From NCBI GenBank assembly GCA_041659905.1, contig JBAZXK010000001.1:58670-122669 (forward strand): a stretch of 64,000 nt of DNA, in the 5' to 3' direction. The DNA comes from Patescibacteria group bacterium (GTDB lineage: Bacteria > Patescibacteriota > Kazan-3B-28 > UBA10110). Shown one piece after another: positions 20,127 to 29,741 of the stretch. Position numbers and translations under genes: made by a program. Below the pieces are notes generated by a model. It was given only the letters and a program-made list of their open reading frames with translations. It was not told the origin of the DNA and ran no database searches. Numbering within the stretch: position 1 is the stretch's first letter; each line of letters starts with the position of its first letter.

Positions 20127-20284
20127 TCTGAACCCAGCGTGTAGGTTAGAACCAAACCCACTGAAAACTGGTAGGACCGGGCTTCGCTATACTATGGAAA
20201 TCCTGTAGTTTCGACCGAAGCTCTTATTCGAGAGTCACCCCAACACTGGCCCAGCCGTCTATTTAGTTTTGTATAATATAAAAT

Positions 20285-21379
20285 ATGAAGAAGAAAATCT
20301 TATTTCTCTACAATGGCGGCACTATCGGCCAAGTCCCCACTGAAGTAAATGGGGTAATTGTGTCGGCTCCGCCAAAAGATGCGAGCATCTTTAAGGCCGC
20401 CGTAGACCCGATTATTGAGCGGTTCGGTGATAAGTTCGATATTGTTTATGAAGTCGTTACTACCAAGGAATCATCCAGTATGACTCCTCAGGATTGGGAA
20501 AGACTTATCTTTCGCATCAAAAAAGCCCAGGACGAGGAAAATTTTGATGCCGTAGGTATTGCTCATGGCACTGACACGCTGGCTTATACGGCCACAGCTC
20601 TTAGTTTTGCTCTGCATGGCGTCAATCCGAGTCAAAGCGGTTTGCGTATTCCTATTTGCTTAACCGGTTCCCAAAACCCCGTGTATATGGAAGGCGGTGA
20701 TGGGCGGTTTAATCTTGAAAATATGTTCAGGACCATCGAGCAGTGTATGGATGTGGGCGTGGGTGATGTCTTGATCAACTTTTGGAATCGCGTGCTGTTA
20801 GGTTGCCGCACAGTCAAGGTGAGTGAACGCGATTTTGATGCTATGCAGACTCCGGCGGTGTTGAATGCGGGGATAATTAACTCCCGAGGAGTGATTATTT
20901 ATCCTGAACGGGTCAGACTGGCAAAGAACGCCTTGCCAAAAATCCAATTAGCCCCCAAATTTGCTCGGGGGGTGATCAGTTTTGAACTAACTCCGGGACT
21001 GGATCCGAATCTTCTGCTTAGTTTTATAACAGCCGGGGGGATGTCGGCGATGATTCTAAAATCTCTTGGAGAAGGCAATGTTTGCAGTGAAGGGGCTTAC
21101 AATATGATTCCCGCAATCAAGCAGATCACGGGTGAATATATGACGCCTATTTTTATGGCATCGAAATTTATTGGCGGTAATGCTGACTCGGCGGTGGATG
21201 CCAGCGGCGCAGCGGCGATTAATGCTGGCGCTATTGCCTGTTACGATACTACCGACATCGCCATTGATATAAAAGTTCGTTGGCTGGCGGGAAATGGGCT
21301 TTGTTCCACTATTTCTGATTATTCTAAAGCCATGAAAACGAGCTATTGCGGAGAGGTAACCGAGCCAAAAGTACAGTAA
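20285..21379 (+). CDS. L-asparaginase type I / GatD-like amidohydrolase
   Basis: N-terminal LYNGGTIG threonine motif and HGTDTLAYTA motif of the asparaginase family. Confidence 0.75.
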   Translation: MKKKILFLYNGGTIGQVPTEVNGVIVSAPPKDASIFKAAVDPIIERFGDKFDIVYEVVTTKESSSMTPQDWERLIFRIKKAQDEENFDAVGIAHGTDTLAYTATALSFALHGVNPSQSGLRIPICLTGSQNPVYMEGGDGRFNLENMFRTIEQCMDVGVGDVLINFWNRVLLGCRTVKVSERDFDAMQTPAVLNAGIINSRGVIIYPERVRLAKNALPKIQLAPKFARGVISFELTPGLDPNLLLSFITAGGMSAMILKSLGEGNVCSEGAYNMIPAIKQITGEYMTPIFMASKFIGGNADSAVDASGAAAINAGAIACYDTTDIAIDIKVRWLAGNGLCSTISDYSKAMKTSYCGEVTEPKVQ

Positions 21380-21410
21380 ACGTAGTATTAAGGCCTACTC
21401 GAGATAATCA

Positions 21411-21818
21411 ATGAGCGATTTACCGAATAAAATAGTCTGCACGATCTGTAGTGGTCATAAAAGTACCTTGCCAGGATTGATTCCGGCTTATTTGCGCTAC
21501 GCTTCATCTAGAATAGATCTGGTGCACTCAATTTCTGATCAGCAAAAATTGCCATTCTTTATCCTGTCGGGGAAGTACGGCCTGATAAATGCCAACCAAT
21601 CGATTCCATATTATGATCATTTATTACTGGCAGATGAGGTAGAACATCTAGCAGAGATAGTAAAGGTGCAACTCAAAGGCGGCAATTGGAAATCAATAGA
21701 TTTCTATGTTAAAACCAATGATCCGGCATGGAAACCATATGTAGAAGTTATAACAAAAGCCGCTAATGATACAGGTATCACCTTGAATAAGTTAGAAATA
21801 TCATCAGCCATCAGTTAG
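21411..21818 (+). CDS. hypothetical protein
   Basis: 135 aa; FFILSGKYGLI segment; family not recognised. Confidence 0.45.
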   Translation: MSDLPNKIVCTICSGHKSTLPGLIPAYLRYASSRIDLVHSISDQQKLPFFILSGKYGLINANQSIPYYDHLLLADEVEHLAEIVKVQLKGGNWKSIDFYVKTNDPAWKPYVEVITKAANDTGITLNKLEISSAIS

Positions 21819-21837
21819 AACCTGATAAGATAGATTT

Positions 21838-22287
21838 ATGAATAAATATGACGGACAAGTAGAATCAGTGGTAGCTCCTATTATCGTCAATGATGAAGGC
21901 AAAATTTTACTGATGACATCGCCCAAATGGGGAGATAAATATACCTTACCGGGTGGCCATATAGAATACGGAGAAACTCTTTCTCAAGCTGCAGAACGAG
22001 AAGCTAAAGAGGAAAGTGGTTTAGATGTGAAGGCTCTCTATCTTGTGGATGCCGGGACAATGATTAACAGTCCAGAGTTTTTTAGAAAACAAGCCCACTT
22101 TGTTTATCATCGGGTGGCCTGCAAGGTTGTCGGCGGCGAACTAAATACTGATTCTGTAGAAACTACGGAATTAGTTTGGGTAACCCCGGAAGAAGCCCTG
22201 AAGTTGCCATTGGCGACTGGAATGGAAGTTTCGATCAAGAACTATATCAACGGTGTGAAATTAGATATGGGAGAATATGTATTCTAA
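21838..22287 (+). CDS. NUDIX hydrolase
   Basis: Nudix box GGHIEYGETLSQAAEREAKEESGL. Confidence 0.8.
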   Translation: MNKYDGQVESVVAPIIVNDEGKILLMTSPKWGDKYTLPGGHIEYGETLSQAAEREAKEESGLDVKALYLVDAGTMINSPEFFRKQAHFVYHRVACKVVGGELNTDSVETTELVWVTPEEALKLPLATGMEVSIKNYINGVKLDMGEYVF

Positions 22288-22288
22288 T

Positions 22289-22705
22289 ATGAAAAAAGTT
22301 GTTATCTGCGCCAGTGCGGCTTTTTATACGGAAGCCCAGGAATGGAAGAAAAGGTTAGAGGAAATAGGTTACAGAGTTACTACCACCCTAAAAGACATCG
22401 ATGAAAGCGATATTTTTCAGTACCGGCAAACTCATCAGGAGCATTACGCCAAAATGGCAGAGTGTGATATCGTATTTATCCTAAATTTAGAAAAGAAAGG
22501 TATCCCTGGCTATATTGGAGCGAGCGTTTTTGCTGAAATAGCTTTCACCATCGGTTTAAATATGGTGTTTAACAAAAATATCCAGATACTCTGTGTAAAT
22601 CCGATTCCTGACAATTTGCCGTATTCGGATGAACTCACTAAATGGCAAAAACTCGGCTGGATAAAACAATTCCAACCAGTTGCCGCACCTGAATCAGTAG
22701 AATAA
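22289..22705 (+). CDS. nucleoside 2-deoxyribosyltransferase-like protein
   Basis: MKKVVICASAAFY N-terminus resembles the PF05014-type Rossmann fold; assignment tentative. Confidence 0.4.
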   Translation: MKKVVICASAAFYTEAQEWKKRLEEIGYRVTTTLKDIDESDIFQYRQTHQEHYAKMAECDIVFILNLEKKGIPGYIGASVFAEIAFTIGLNMVFNKNIQILCVNPIPDNLPYSDELTKWQKLGWIKQFQPVAAPESVE

Positions 22706-22709
22706 ATTT

Positions 22710-23090
22710 ATGAGCAAATTATATTTTGACCACACATACGTTTCTGTCCAGGATATGGATAGGGCTATAAACTTTTACGAAACTCTTTTGAATAAAAAGG
22801 TTTCTTGTCGTGAAGAGAATATCTGGGCTGATTTTGACATAGGGGAAGGGTGTTATTTTGGCTTAATCAACCCCGACATTGTTAGTAAGGAGAGAAAAAT
22901 CGGGAATAACTCTATCTCTGTTTTTGCAACTGATAATGTTGATGAGGCTTACGAGAAGTTAAAAGATATGGGTGTAAAGATTATCCACGACATAGAAACT
23001 TTAAAATATACGGATTACTTTTATAGAATGTTTTTATGTGAAGATACCGAAGGCAACCTTATTGAAATCGCTCAGTATGACCGGTCTTAA
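22710..23090 (+). CDS. VOC/glyoxalase/bleomycin-resistance family protein
   Basis: paired beta-alpha-beta-beta-beta modules; N-terminal HTYVSVQDMDRAINFY pattern. Confidence 0.7.
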   Translation: MSKLYFDHTYVSVQDMDRAINFYETLLNKKVSCREENIWADFDIGEGCYFGLINPDIVSKERKIGNNSISVFATDNVDEAYEKLKDMGVKIIHDIETLKYTDYFYRMFLCEDTEGNLIEIAQYDRS

Positions 23091-23102
23091 CAGGATAAAT
23101 CA

Positions 23103-23552
23103 ATGAGCAAACAACCCATCCGCAATAATCTGATTATAGAACTTCATGTCCCTGATTTTGATGTCGCCAAGGAATTTTATGGGATATTAGGCTTCAGAGT
23201 AATTCTTGAACATCCTATTACAACTACCGAACCTGGCTATCTGGTGATGAAAAGACCAGATGTATTAGGGGATAGTATCATTAATTTTTATGGCGGTAAC
23301 GAGCAAGTTTATCAACAATCATATTTCAAAAACTTTCCTTCTACTACCAAAAGAGGCTATGCCACAGAGTTGACGATGCCTATCTCTAATGTTGATGATT
23401 TCTTTAATCAAATTTCACCCAAAATTAAAGACCATATTATGCAGGAGATTAAAGATAAGAAAGACGGGGATATGGCTTGGCGAGATTTTCGGGTAGGAGA
23501 CCCATTTGGTTTCTATTTAAGATTCACCGAACTGATAGATTGGGGACAATAA
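23103..23552 (+). CDS. VOC/glyoxalase-like protein
   Basis: ELHVPDFDVAKEFYGILGF N-terminal VOC pattern. Confidence 0.5.
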   Translation: MSKQPIRNNLIIELHVPDFDVAKEFYGILGFRVILEHPITTTEPGYLVMKRPDVLGDSIINFYGGNEQVYQQSYFKNFPSTTKRGYATELTMPISNVDDFFNQISPKIKDHIMQEIKDKKDGDMAWRDFRVGDPFGFYLRFTELIDWGQ

Positions 23553-23562
23553 TCAATATTGT

Positions 23563-24150
23563 ATGGCAAAAGTAAAAGTTTTAATCGAAGGATATGCGAA
23601 GGAGTTGGAAAATGGCTGGATAGCCAGCTCTACCGTCTGTTTGGTTACTACGGGGGATAAGAGAATAATTACGGATCCAGGCTGTAATCGAGAAAAACTA
23701 TTAGAAGCACTTAAAGGTGAGAACTTAGCTACGGGCGATATAGATTATGTCTTTTTGTCTCATTGTCATCCTGACCATGTTCTTTTAGCAGGAATTTTTG
23801 AGAAGGCAAAGTTTGTAACCTTTGACTCCAACTTACTTTACGATAAAGACCATCTCTCTAAATTTGATATACATATATTAGGTGAAGATATTGAGATTGT
23901 TGAGACGCCCGGACACGTACTGGAACACCTTTCATTAATAGTTAATACATCTCAAGGCAGAGTGGCGATTGCCGGGGATGTTATCTGGTGGGTAGATGGA
24001 GAAGAACAAAAGTTTGATATAGATCAGGAGGATCATTCTCAAGCAAAAGGAATGAATATGAAACAGTTAGTGGAAAGTAGACGAAATCTTTTAGAACACG
24101 CAGATTATATAATCCCTGGCCATGGGAAAATGTTTAAAGTCCAAAAATAA
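23563..24150 (+). CDS. MBL-fold metallo-hydrolase
   Basis: HxHxDH motif (LSHCHPDHV) and downstream His/Asp ligands. Confidence 0.8.
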   Translation: MAKVKVLIEGYAKELENGWIASSTVCLVTTGDKRIITDPGCNREKLLEALKGENLATGDIDYVFLSHCHPDHVLLAGIFEKAKFVTFDSNLLYDKDHLSKFDIHILGEDIEIVETPGHVLEHLSLIVNTSQGRVAIAGDVIWWVDGEEQKFDIDQEDHSQAKGMNMKQLVESRRNLLEHADYIIPGHGKMFKVQK

Positions 24151-24183
24151 TAGTAAAAATGCTTTATCCCAAATATTGAAATT

Positions 24184-24600
24184 ATGACGAAAATAAGACC
24201 ATACATTCCCATTGATTATCCAGATATTAAACAAAACCTTATTGAAGGGGATTTGTTTTACGAGGAGTTAGATAACGAAGGCAGAATAAATCAGAAAATT
24301 CAAAATAACCCTAATTCCATCTTAGTTACAGAGTTGGATGGTAAAGCAGTGGGTAATGTCTTTATTATGGACGATGGCTGGATGGCTCTAATATTTCATC
24401 TTGCTGTTAGAAAAGATTATCAGCATAAAGGTATTGGCACCGAACTACTAAAAGCTGCCGAATCCTATCTTAAAGATAAGGGCTATAAGGAAGTTCAAAT
24501 TGTAGTTAGAGAAGCCAACCCAGAGTTGCTGGGGTATTATGAAAAACTAGGGTATCAGAAGGGCGGTTCCTTCAGATGGATGACTAAAGAGCTACACTAG
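24184..24600 (+). CDS. GNAT family N-acetyltransferase (paralog of 15603-16016)
   Basis: about 85% aa identity to the first GNAT; same conserved junction motif after the stop. Confidence 0.8.
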   Translation: MTKIRPYIPIDYPDIKQNLIEGDLFYEELDNEGRINQKIQNNPNSILVTELDGKAVGNVFIMDDGWMALIFHLAVRKDYQHKGIGTELLKAAESYLKDKGYKEVQIVVREANPELLGYYEKLGYQKGGSFRWMTKELH

Positions 24601-24619
24601 AACTTGATAAGATAAATTT

Positions 24620-25138
24620 ATGAACGAAACTCTCAAAACTATTCTTAATCGGAAAAGCATTAGGGATTACACGGATAAACCTGTGAGTAAAGCAGATTTA
24701 ATCTTGCTTTTAAAGGCGGCTATGGCTGCTCCCAGCGGGGGTGACACTCGATCATGGTCTTTCTTCGTGATTCAAAATAAGGCGCTGTTGAAGGAATTGT
24801 CGGATATTCTAAAATACGGTCACATGATCCGGGAAGCGGGAGCTGTGATTGTAGTTTGTGGCAATCCCAAAAAATCTACTTTTGACGGTGATCAATACTG
24901 GATGTTTGATTGTTCTGTTGCTGCAGAAAATATTTTGTTGGCAGCCGAATCATTAGGTTTAGGGGCAGTTTGGACTGCTGTTTATCCTAATAAAGTTAGA
25001 ATTAAAAACGTGAAGAAAGTTCTTAATACCCCGAAAGAAATCGAGCCATTATGCACTATCTCGATCGGCCATCCTAAGTCAAAAGTAAAACCGAAAAACA
25101 AATTTGATCCCAAGAATATACATTGGAACAAATGGTAA
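24620..25138 (+). CDS. nitroreductase family protein
   Basis: RKSIRDY and PSGGDTRSW motifs of the NADH oxidase/nitroreductase fold. Confidence 0.8.
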   Translation: MNETLKTILNRKSIRDYTDKPVSKADLILLLKAAMAAPSGGDTRSWSFFVIQNKALLKELSDILKYGHMIREAGAVIVVCGNPKKSTFDGDQYWMFDCSVAAENILLAAESLGLGAVWTAVYPNKVRIKNVKKVLNTPKEIEPLCTISIGHPKSKVKPKNKFDPKNIHWNKW

Positions 25139-25141
25139 ATT

Positions 25142-25549
25142 ATGAAATCTTCTCTTGACCACATTTCTATTAATGTTTCTAATTCTCAAAAATCCATCCC
25201 CTTTTATAGGTCGTTATTTAAGTATCTTGAATATGACTTTCTAAAGGATAAGAAAGACTCCTTAGCAGTAAGAAAAAAAGGTGACTGCGATTTCTGGATT
25301 TATCCCACAGACAGTAAACACATACCTCATGGTTTTTGTGTAAATAATACAGGGCTAGGCCACATAGCTTTTAGGGTATCTTCTAAAGAAGATGTTGATC
25401 GATTTCACGAAGAATATCTAAAACCCAATAATGTTAGGGTATTCAATGGAGGGCCCAAAGCTTTTCCTCAATACACTCCCGATTATTACGCTGTTTTCTT
25501 TGAAGACCCCGACAGGATAAAATTAGAAGTTAATTCATTCAAGAGATAA
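25142..25549 (+). CDS. VOC/glyoxalase family protein
   Basis: LDHISINVSN..FY N-terminus and GLGHIAFRVSS second module. Confidence 0.6.
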   Translation: MKSSLDHISINVSNSQKSIPFYRSLFKYLEYDFLKDKKDSLAVRKKGDCDFWIYPTDSKHIPHGFCVNNTGLGHIAFRVSSKEDVDRFHEEYLKPNNVRVFNGGPKAFPQYTPDYYAVFFEDPDRIKLEVNSFKR

Positions 25550-25551
25550 CT

Positions 25552-26418
25552 ATGAATGCGGAATTTATCAGATTTACTACCGAAGATAAATTGATCCTAC
25601 AGGGGATTATTTATCGACCGAACAACTCCAGCGAAAAGGCCTATCTGCATATTCACGGCATGGCAGGTAATTTCTATGAGAATAGATTTCTGGATGCTAT
25701 GGCAAAAGAACTAACAGATAATTGCTATGCATTTATGAGCATCAACACCAGGGGGCACGACTACATTGCTGATTTCCCAATCGCTGGACCTGAAGAAAAG
25801 TCCAAAAAAATAGGGGATGCCTATGAAATATTCGAGGAATGCCTGCTGGATATCAAACCCGCAATAGATTATCTACAAAAGCATGGCTATAAGGAAATCA
25901 TTCTCTGTGGTCATAGTTTAGGAGCCGTAAAAGTTGCTTATTATATAACTAAAACCCAAGACCAGAGGGTTAATAAACTTATTCTAATGTCCCCTCCAGA
26001 TATGGTTGGACTGACTGAGAAAGAAAATGATTCTGAAAAGACAATGGAACAAGCCAAGAAAATGGTTTCCGAGGGCAAAGGTAACGAACTATTGCCCGGA
26101 TTGCTGTGGGGTTGGTATTACCTATCGGCCAATACCTATCTAAATTTTAGTGTCCGGGATAACCCTATTGATATTTTCAATACCTACGACAAAGCTAAAC
26201 TATCACTGCTTAGTGAAATTAGAATTCCAACTTTAGCTTTTTTGGGCGAGAAAGATGATGCAGCAATAATGTCCCCTCGAGAAGCTTTAGAGATTATGAA
26301 GAGCAAAGCTACACAAGCTCCGATATTTGATATAGATATTATCCCCAGTGCTCCGCACAGTTACTTTAGTCATGAAAGGGAAATGGTTCAAAAAATAGTG
26401 AGCTGGCTATTGATATGA
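25552..26418 (+). CDS. alpha/beta hydrolase
   Basis: nucleophile elbow GHSLGA, catalytic His near C-terminus. Confidence 0.7.
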   Translation: MNAEFIRFTTEDKLILQGIIYRPNNSSEKAYLHIHGMAGNFYENRFLDAMAKELTDNCYAFMSINTRGHDYIADFPIAGPEEKSKKIGDAYEIFEECLLDIKPAIDYLQKHGYKEIILCGHSLGAVKVAYYITKTQDQRVNKLILMSPPDMVGLTEKENDSEKTMEQAKKMVSEGKGNELLPGLLWGWYYLSANTYLNFSVRDNPIDIFNTYDKAKLSLLSEIRIPTLAFLGEKDDAAIMSPREALEIMKSKATQAPIFDIDIIPSAPHSYFSHEREMVQKIVSWLLI

Positions 26419-27017
26419 AAATAAAAACTATTATTTTTGATGTGGGCGGAGTCTTGGTTGAGAAAATATTCAACCCCATTCTAAATGAGCTGGCCAACAG
26501 ATATGATCTGGACTATGCTGTTTTAAAAGAATATTCCTGGTCACTGTTTGATAAAGTGATGCTAGGAGAAATGACCGAAAAGGAATTATTTAAGGATATC
26601 ATCAATAAATTCAATATTCCCGCGGAGGTAGCTTTATTAGAAGAAAGGTCTACGCATCTCAATCCTATCCCGGAAGTTTGGGAGTTTGTAAAGAAATTGC
26701 AGTACAAATATAAACTCATTATTCTGTCTAATTTAGGCCGGGACTGGGTCAAACTGAGAGAAGAGCAATTTCATATTTCCGATTGGTTTGATGAAGTTGT
26801 GTGGTCCTGCGATGTTGGTATCAATAAACCAGATAGACGGATTTTTAACTATATAATTGATAAGTTTGCTCTCGATCCGGAAGCATGTGTTTTTATAGAT
26901 GATAAACAAAATAATATTGATGCGGCTCAGAGCTTTGGAATGAAGGGAATAGTTTATCAGAATCCTCCACAGCTTGAGCAAGACTTGGCTGCATTAGGAA
27001 TTGATGTTGCATCTTGA
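26415..27017 (+). CDS. HAD family hydrolase
   Basis: motif I FDVGGVL at N-terminus and C-terminal FIDD motif. Confidence 0.8.
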   Translation: MKIKTIIFDVGGVLVEKIFNPILNELANRYDLDYAVLKEYSWSLFDKVMLGEMTEKELFKDIINKFNIPAEVALLEERSTHLNPIPEVWEFVKKLQYKYKLIILSNLGRDWVKLREEQFHISDWFDEVVWSCDVGINKPDRRIFNYIIDKFALDPEACVFIDDKQNNIDAAQSFGMKGIVYQNPPQLEQDLAALGIDVAS

Positions 27018-27178
27018 ATATTAGCCAAATTTAATTAAATTATGTGATAAATTTCAACGGCTCAATGGGCTGAGCCGTTGAAAGGAGCAGTTGTATACAA
27101 GTGCGGAGGTTCGGAGTATTCTGAAATATCCAATTATTGCAATCTTGAAAATAAAAAATACGGAGGTGACTTGCTGCT

Positions 27179-27505
27179 ATGAAAGCATTGGTCACGAAGC
27201 ATCGCAATTTTGATATCACTATCGATCGTGATGAATACAACACACTGCGGAAATCTTCCGTCAGTGGGGATTTGTTGCTAAGCAACGAAAACGGGACTCT
27301 CGGCGAGGAGCCGACTGGCAAATCGATCAAGTTAGCCCGTGAGGTCAACGCCAAAGAGTCCGTTTCTCTTAAGTTTGCAGGCACCTGGGAAGAGACTAAA
27401 GAAGTGGAAGTTGTCATAAATCCAGATGCTTTCGAGTATCTCGAAGACACCTGGGTGCGCGCTAAAAGTGGTGCTAGTAATATTCTGATCCAATGCCAGC
27501 CTTAG
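27179..27505 (+). CDS. hypothetical protein
   Basis: GGAGG RBS 8 nt upstream; terminator ccccgtaaatccggggg+T at 27535-27565. Confidence 0.5.
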   Translation: MKALVTKHRNFDITIDRDEYNTLRKSSVSGDLLLSNENGTLGEEPTGKSIKLAREVNAKESVSLKFAGTWEETKEVEVVINPDAFEYLEDTWVRAKSGASNILIQCQP

Positions 27506-27676
27506 TGCCCAATTTTTTGTACCACTTCTCCTCTTTATCAAATGAATACCCCCGTAAATCCGGGGGTTTTTCTTAATTATCGGGTCTGTCGTGAGAGATT
27601 TCTTATAAATAATTAGGTGATATAGGAGATATCTGTTAGTCTGGATGAGCATTATTAATAAATCAGAGGAGATCTT

Positions 27677-27871
27677 ATGTGCGACCAAACAACCAATCCA
27701 CCCACAGAGGGTGAAGAGACCAAGTGTACTTGTTCTGAAACTTGCCCGGACGATTGTAGCTGCGAAAAGTGTGGATGTGGCAAAGAAGCAGCAGAAACAG
27801 AAACACCTACCGAAACAGAAGAGACAGAAGAAAAGCCTGCAGAAGGGGGAGAAGAACCAGCTGCAGAATAA
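27677..27871 (+). CDS. Cys-rich metallothionein-like small protein with acidic Glu/Thr-rich tail
   Basis: KCTCSETCPDDCSCEKCGCGK (9 Cys in 21 aa); AGGAG RBS; terminator aacgccctgccggtgtcggcagggcgtt at 27893-27925. Confidence 0.5.
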   Translation: MCDQTTNPPTEGEETKCTCSETCPDDCSCEKCGCGKEAAETETPTETEETEEKPAEGGEEPAAE

Positions 27872-28015
27872 TTTAAATCTTTCGTGTTATTAAACGCCCT
27901 GCCGGTGTCGGCAGGGCGTTTAAATTAGCTCCTAGAGCAAAGATATTGACTTTATTCTTCTTTTTGATAGGATAGCCCAAGTACCTTATATCTTATCTCG
28001 CAAGGAGGAGATATC

Positions 28016-28273
28016 TTGCGATCAACATTCTTTCCTTTGGGGGCAGAAGTCACTTCAATAGGAGGTAAACCTCTCTCGGGAGTAGTGGTTGGATGCCGAC
28101 GGCTGTGGACAGAAGCGGAGAAACAAAAATACTCTGCAGACAAATTATTGCAAATAGTTTTCTTCTCTTCGTCACCCCGATCAGCATTGCAATCGGCGCA
28201 CGTCAGGGAGTTCCCACCGCACGAGCTAAAGTTGCTACCACAACTTCACCTCCAACAGCGGCTAGCGAGTTAA
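28016..28273 (+). CDS. hypothetical small protein (TTG start)
   Basis: strong AAGGAGGA RBS 7 nt upstream of TTG; terminator gcaagcctgtcatgtgacaggcttc+T6 at 28296-28330; sequence itself uninformative. Confidence 0.25.
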   Translation: MRSTFFPLGAEVTSIGGKPLSGVVVGCRRLWTEAEKQKYSADKLLQIVFFSSSPRSALQSAHVREFPPHELKLLPQLHLQQRLAS

Positions 28274-28487
28274 TTTATTTCCGGATTGGTTAAATGCAAG
28301 CCTGTCATGTGACAGGCTTCTTTTTTATATCATGTACAATAAATATACCCGCGCCCGAAGTATCGCGCGCGAGGTTTAAAACTATCCCACTACTAACAAA
28401 CCTGGAGGTGGACGAGCTTGTGGGGCATTGCTCTTACCCGCCTTGTCAGGGCAAGGCGGGTTTTCTTCTTTATGATAGAATCTAAAT

Positions 28488-29090
28488 ATGTCAGAAGAGG
28501 TAGAAAAAATTTTAGTGGTGCCAGCCGAGTGGGCAAATAATTTATGCCAGCCGGGCTTTACTTCGGATATTCATCCAAATTTTTTGGCTAAATTGCCAGA
28601 AATAGCTTTTTTTATGGATCGGCCAGCCGCCGAAATTAATCCAAAATTCCGGCAAATTATTCCATATATATTAGTAAAATATCAGAATAAGTATTTAACG
28701 GTCACTCGCCGGACCACGCAAACGGAAGTCAGATTACATAACAAAGTTAGCTTTGGGATTGGAGGACATATCAACCCGATTGATGGTGATACAACCAATA
28801 TTTTAGATGCCGGATTGCGCCGAGAATTGAGTGAAGAATTAGCAACCGATAATCCGCCGAAGTTTGATGAACTAAAACTGCTCGGCTTGTTGCGCGATGA
28901 TGTTAATGAATTGGAACAAGTACATTTGGGCGTGGTGATGCTGTGGGAAACAACTGAACCAATCGCCATTCGCGAAACCGACAAAATGGACGGGGAGTAC
29001 CTGACTTTAAATGAAATCGGCGCACGGCGAGAGCGGTTGGAAAATTGGTCCCGGTTGGTCTATGACCACCTAGGTGTCATGGTCAGCTAA
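28488..29090 (+). CDS. NUDIX-like hydrolase (degenerate Nudix box)
   Basis: GIGGHINPIDG...RRELSEELA approximates the GX5EX7REUXEEXGU box with the first Glu replaced by Asp. Confidence 0.45.
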   Translation: MSEEVEKILVVPAEWANNLCQPGFTSDIHPNFLAKLPEIAFFMDRPAAEINPKFRQIIPYILVKYQNKYLTVTRRTTQTEVRLHNKVSFGIGGHINPIDGDTTNILDAGLRRELSEELATDNPPKFDELKLLGLLRDDVNELEQVHLGVVMLWETTEPIAIRETDKMDGEYLTLNEIGARRERLENWSRLVYDHLGVMVS

Positions 29091-29188
29091 AAATAAGTAA
29101 CTCGTATATTCTGAAATAACTTGCCTGGGAAGTGTCTTTCTGTTACTCTGGGCTCAGTTTTCAAAAAATCTCGAAGGAGGTTCAGCCA

Positions 29189-29584
29189 ATGCCTGGCACC
29201 TTTATCATCGCTCTTTTAATTATTTTTGTACTAGCAGCTGTAGCAGTATCGCGGGGCAAGAAAAGCCGAAAAGTTTCTATTTCCTCTTCTATGTCCACTC
29301 AAGCGTCTTTCCAGCCAACGCCTACTAATACACCAAGGGTTGTTAAAAACTGGAAAGAGGCACCACGGGCGTCTGTCGGCGACAATCTTCATAGGAAACC
29401 TTCATCAGAAAAATCGATAACTGATAATGCCACGAACAAATTCAAACCCACTTCTGGCTATGAAGATGCTATCGACGAACAGCTCAAGAAAGCTAAGAAA
29501 TTAGAGCGCGGTGGAACCGGCGGGACTGATTCTCTTCCAAAAGAGGTTGCGGGAGATAATCCGAAAGAAGATAAAAAGCCGTGA
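29189..29584 (+). CDS. small membrane-anchored protein
   Basis: AGGAGG RBS before MPGTFII; one TM helix then low-complexity hydrophilic region; terminator at 29616-29645. Confidence 0.5.
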   Translation: MPGTFIIALLIIFVLAAVAVSRGKKSRKVSISSSMSTQASFQPTPTNTPRVVKNWKEAPRASVGDNLHRKPSSEKSITDNATNKFKPTSGYEDAIDEQLKKAKKLERGGTGGTDSLPKEVAGDNPKEDKKP

Positions 29585-29648
29585 ACTTACTGCCAGCACC
29601 TGCCAGCCAGATCTAAACCCCCTTTTCCCATTTGAGGGGGTTTGTTAT

Positions 29649-29677
29649 ATTGACAAGCACCTAAATAAACGCTAAGA
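29649..29677 (+). promoter_or_regulatory. sigma70-like promoter (TTGACA-17-TAAGAT)
   Basis: consensus -35, 17-nt spacer. Confidence 0.4.
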
Positions 29678-29713
29678 TAATTTCATTCCAAAGTAATATT
29701 TGTTCTTTGTATG

Positions 29714-29741
29714 GTGGGGTTCGATTCCACCTTCCCACCCA
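29714..29741 (+). other. tRNA 3'-half-like fragment (T-arm gtggg-gttcgat-tccac, acceptor 3' strand, encoded CCA) with no 5' half
   Basis: no complementary 5' acceptor strand within 500 nt; downstream terminator at 29786-29820 is homologous to the terminator after the tRNA at 30318-30392. Confidence 0.5.

Noticed and set aside
15603-27017. Integron-type gene cassette array
   Set aside because: Genes are short, same-strand and functionally diverse as in cassette arrays. But intergenic gaps are mostly 2-30 bp, far too short for attC sites. No intI or attI is present.
27952-28143. Minus-strand 63-aa ORF containing a CADCN motif as a second metallothionein
   Set aside because: There is no RBS and the frame is closed by stops just upstream of the Cys residues. 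The plus-strand TTG ORF, which has a strong RBS, is marginally better supported.
29134-29741. Two-piece or standard tmRNA ending at the CCA fragment
   Set aside because: A possible 5' acceptor partner (tgggaag) lies 600 nt upstream, but the interval is a normal protein gene with an RBS. No tmRNA pseudoknot or tag-ORF features are present.
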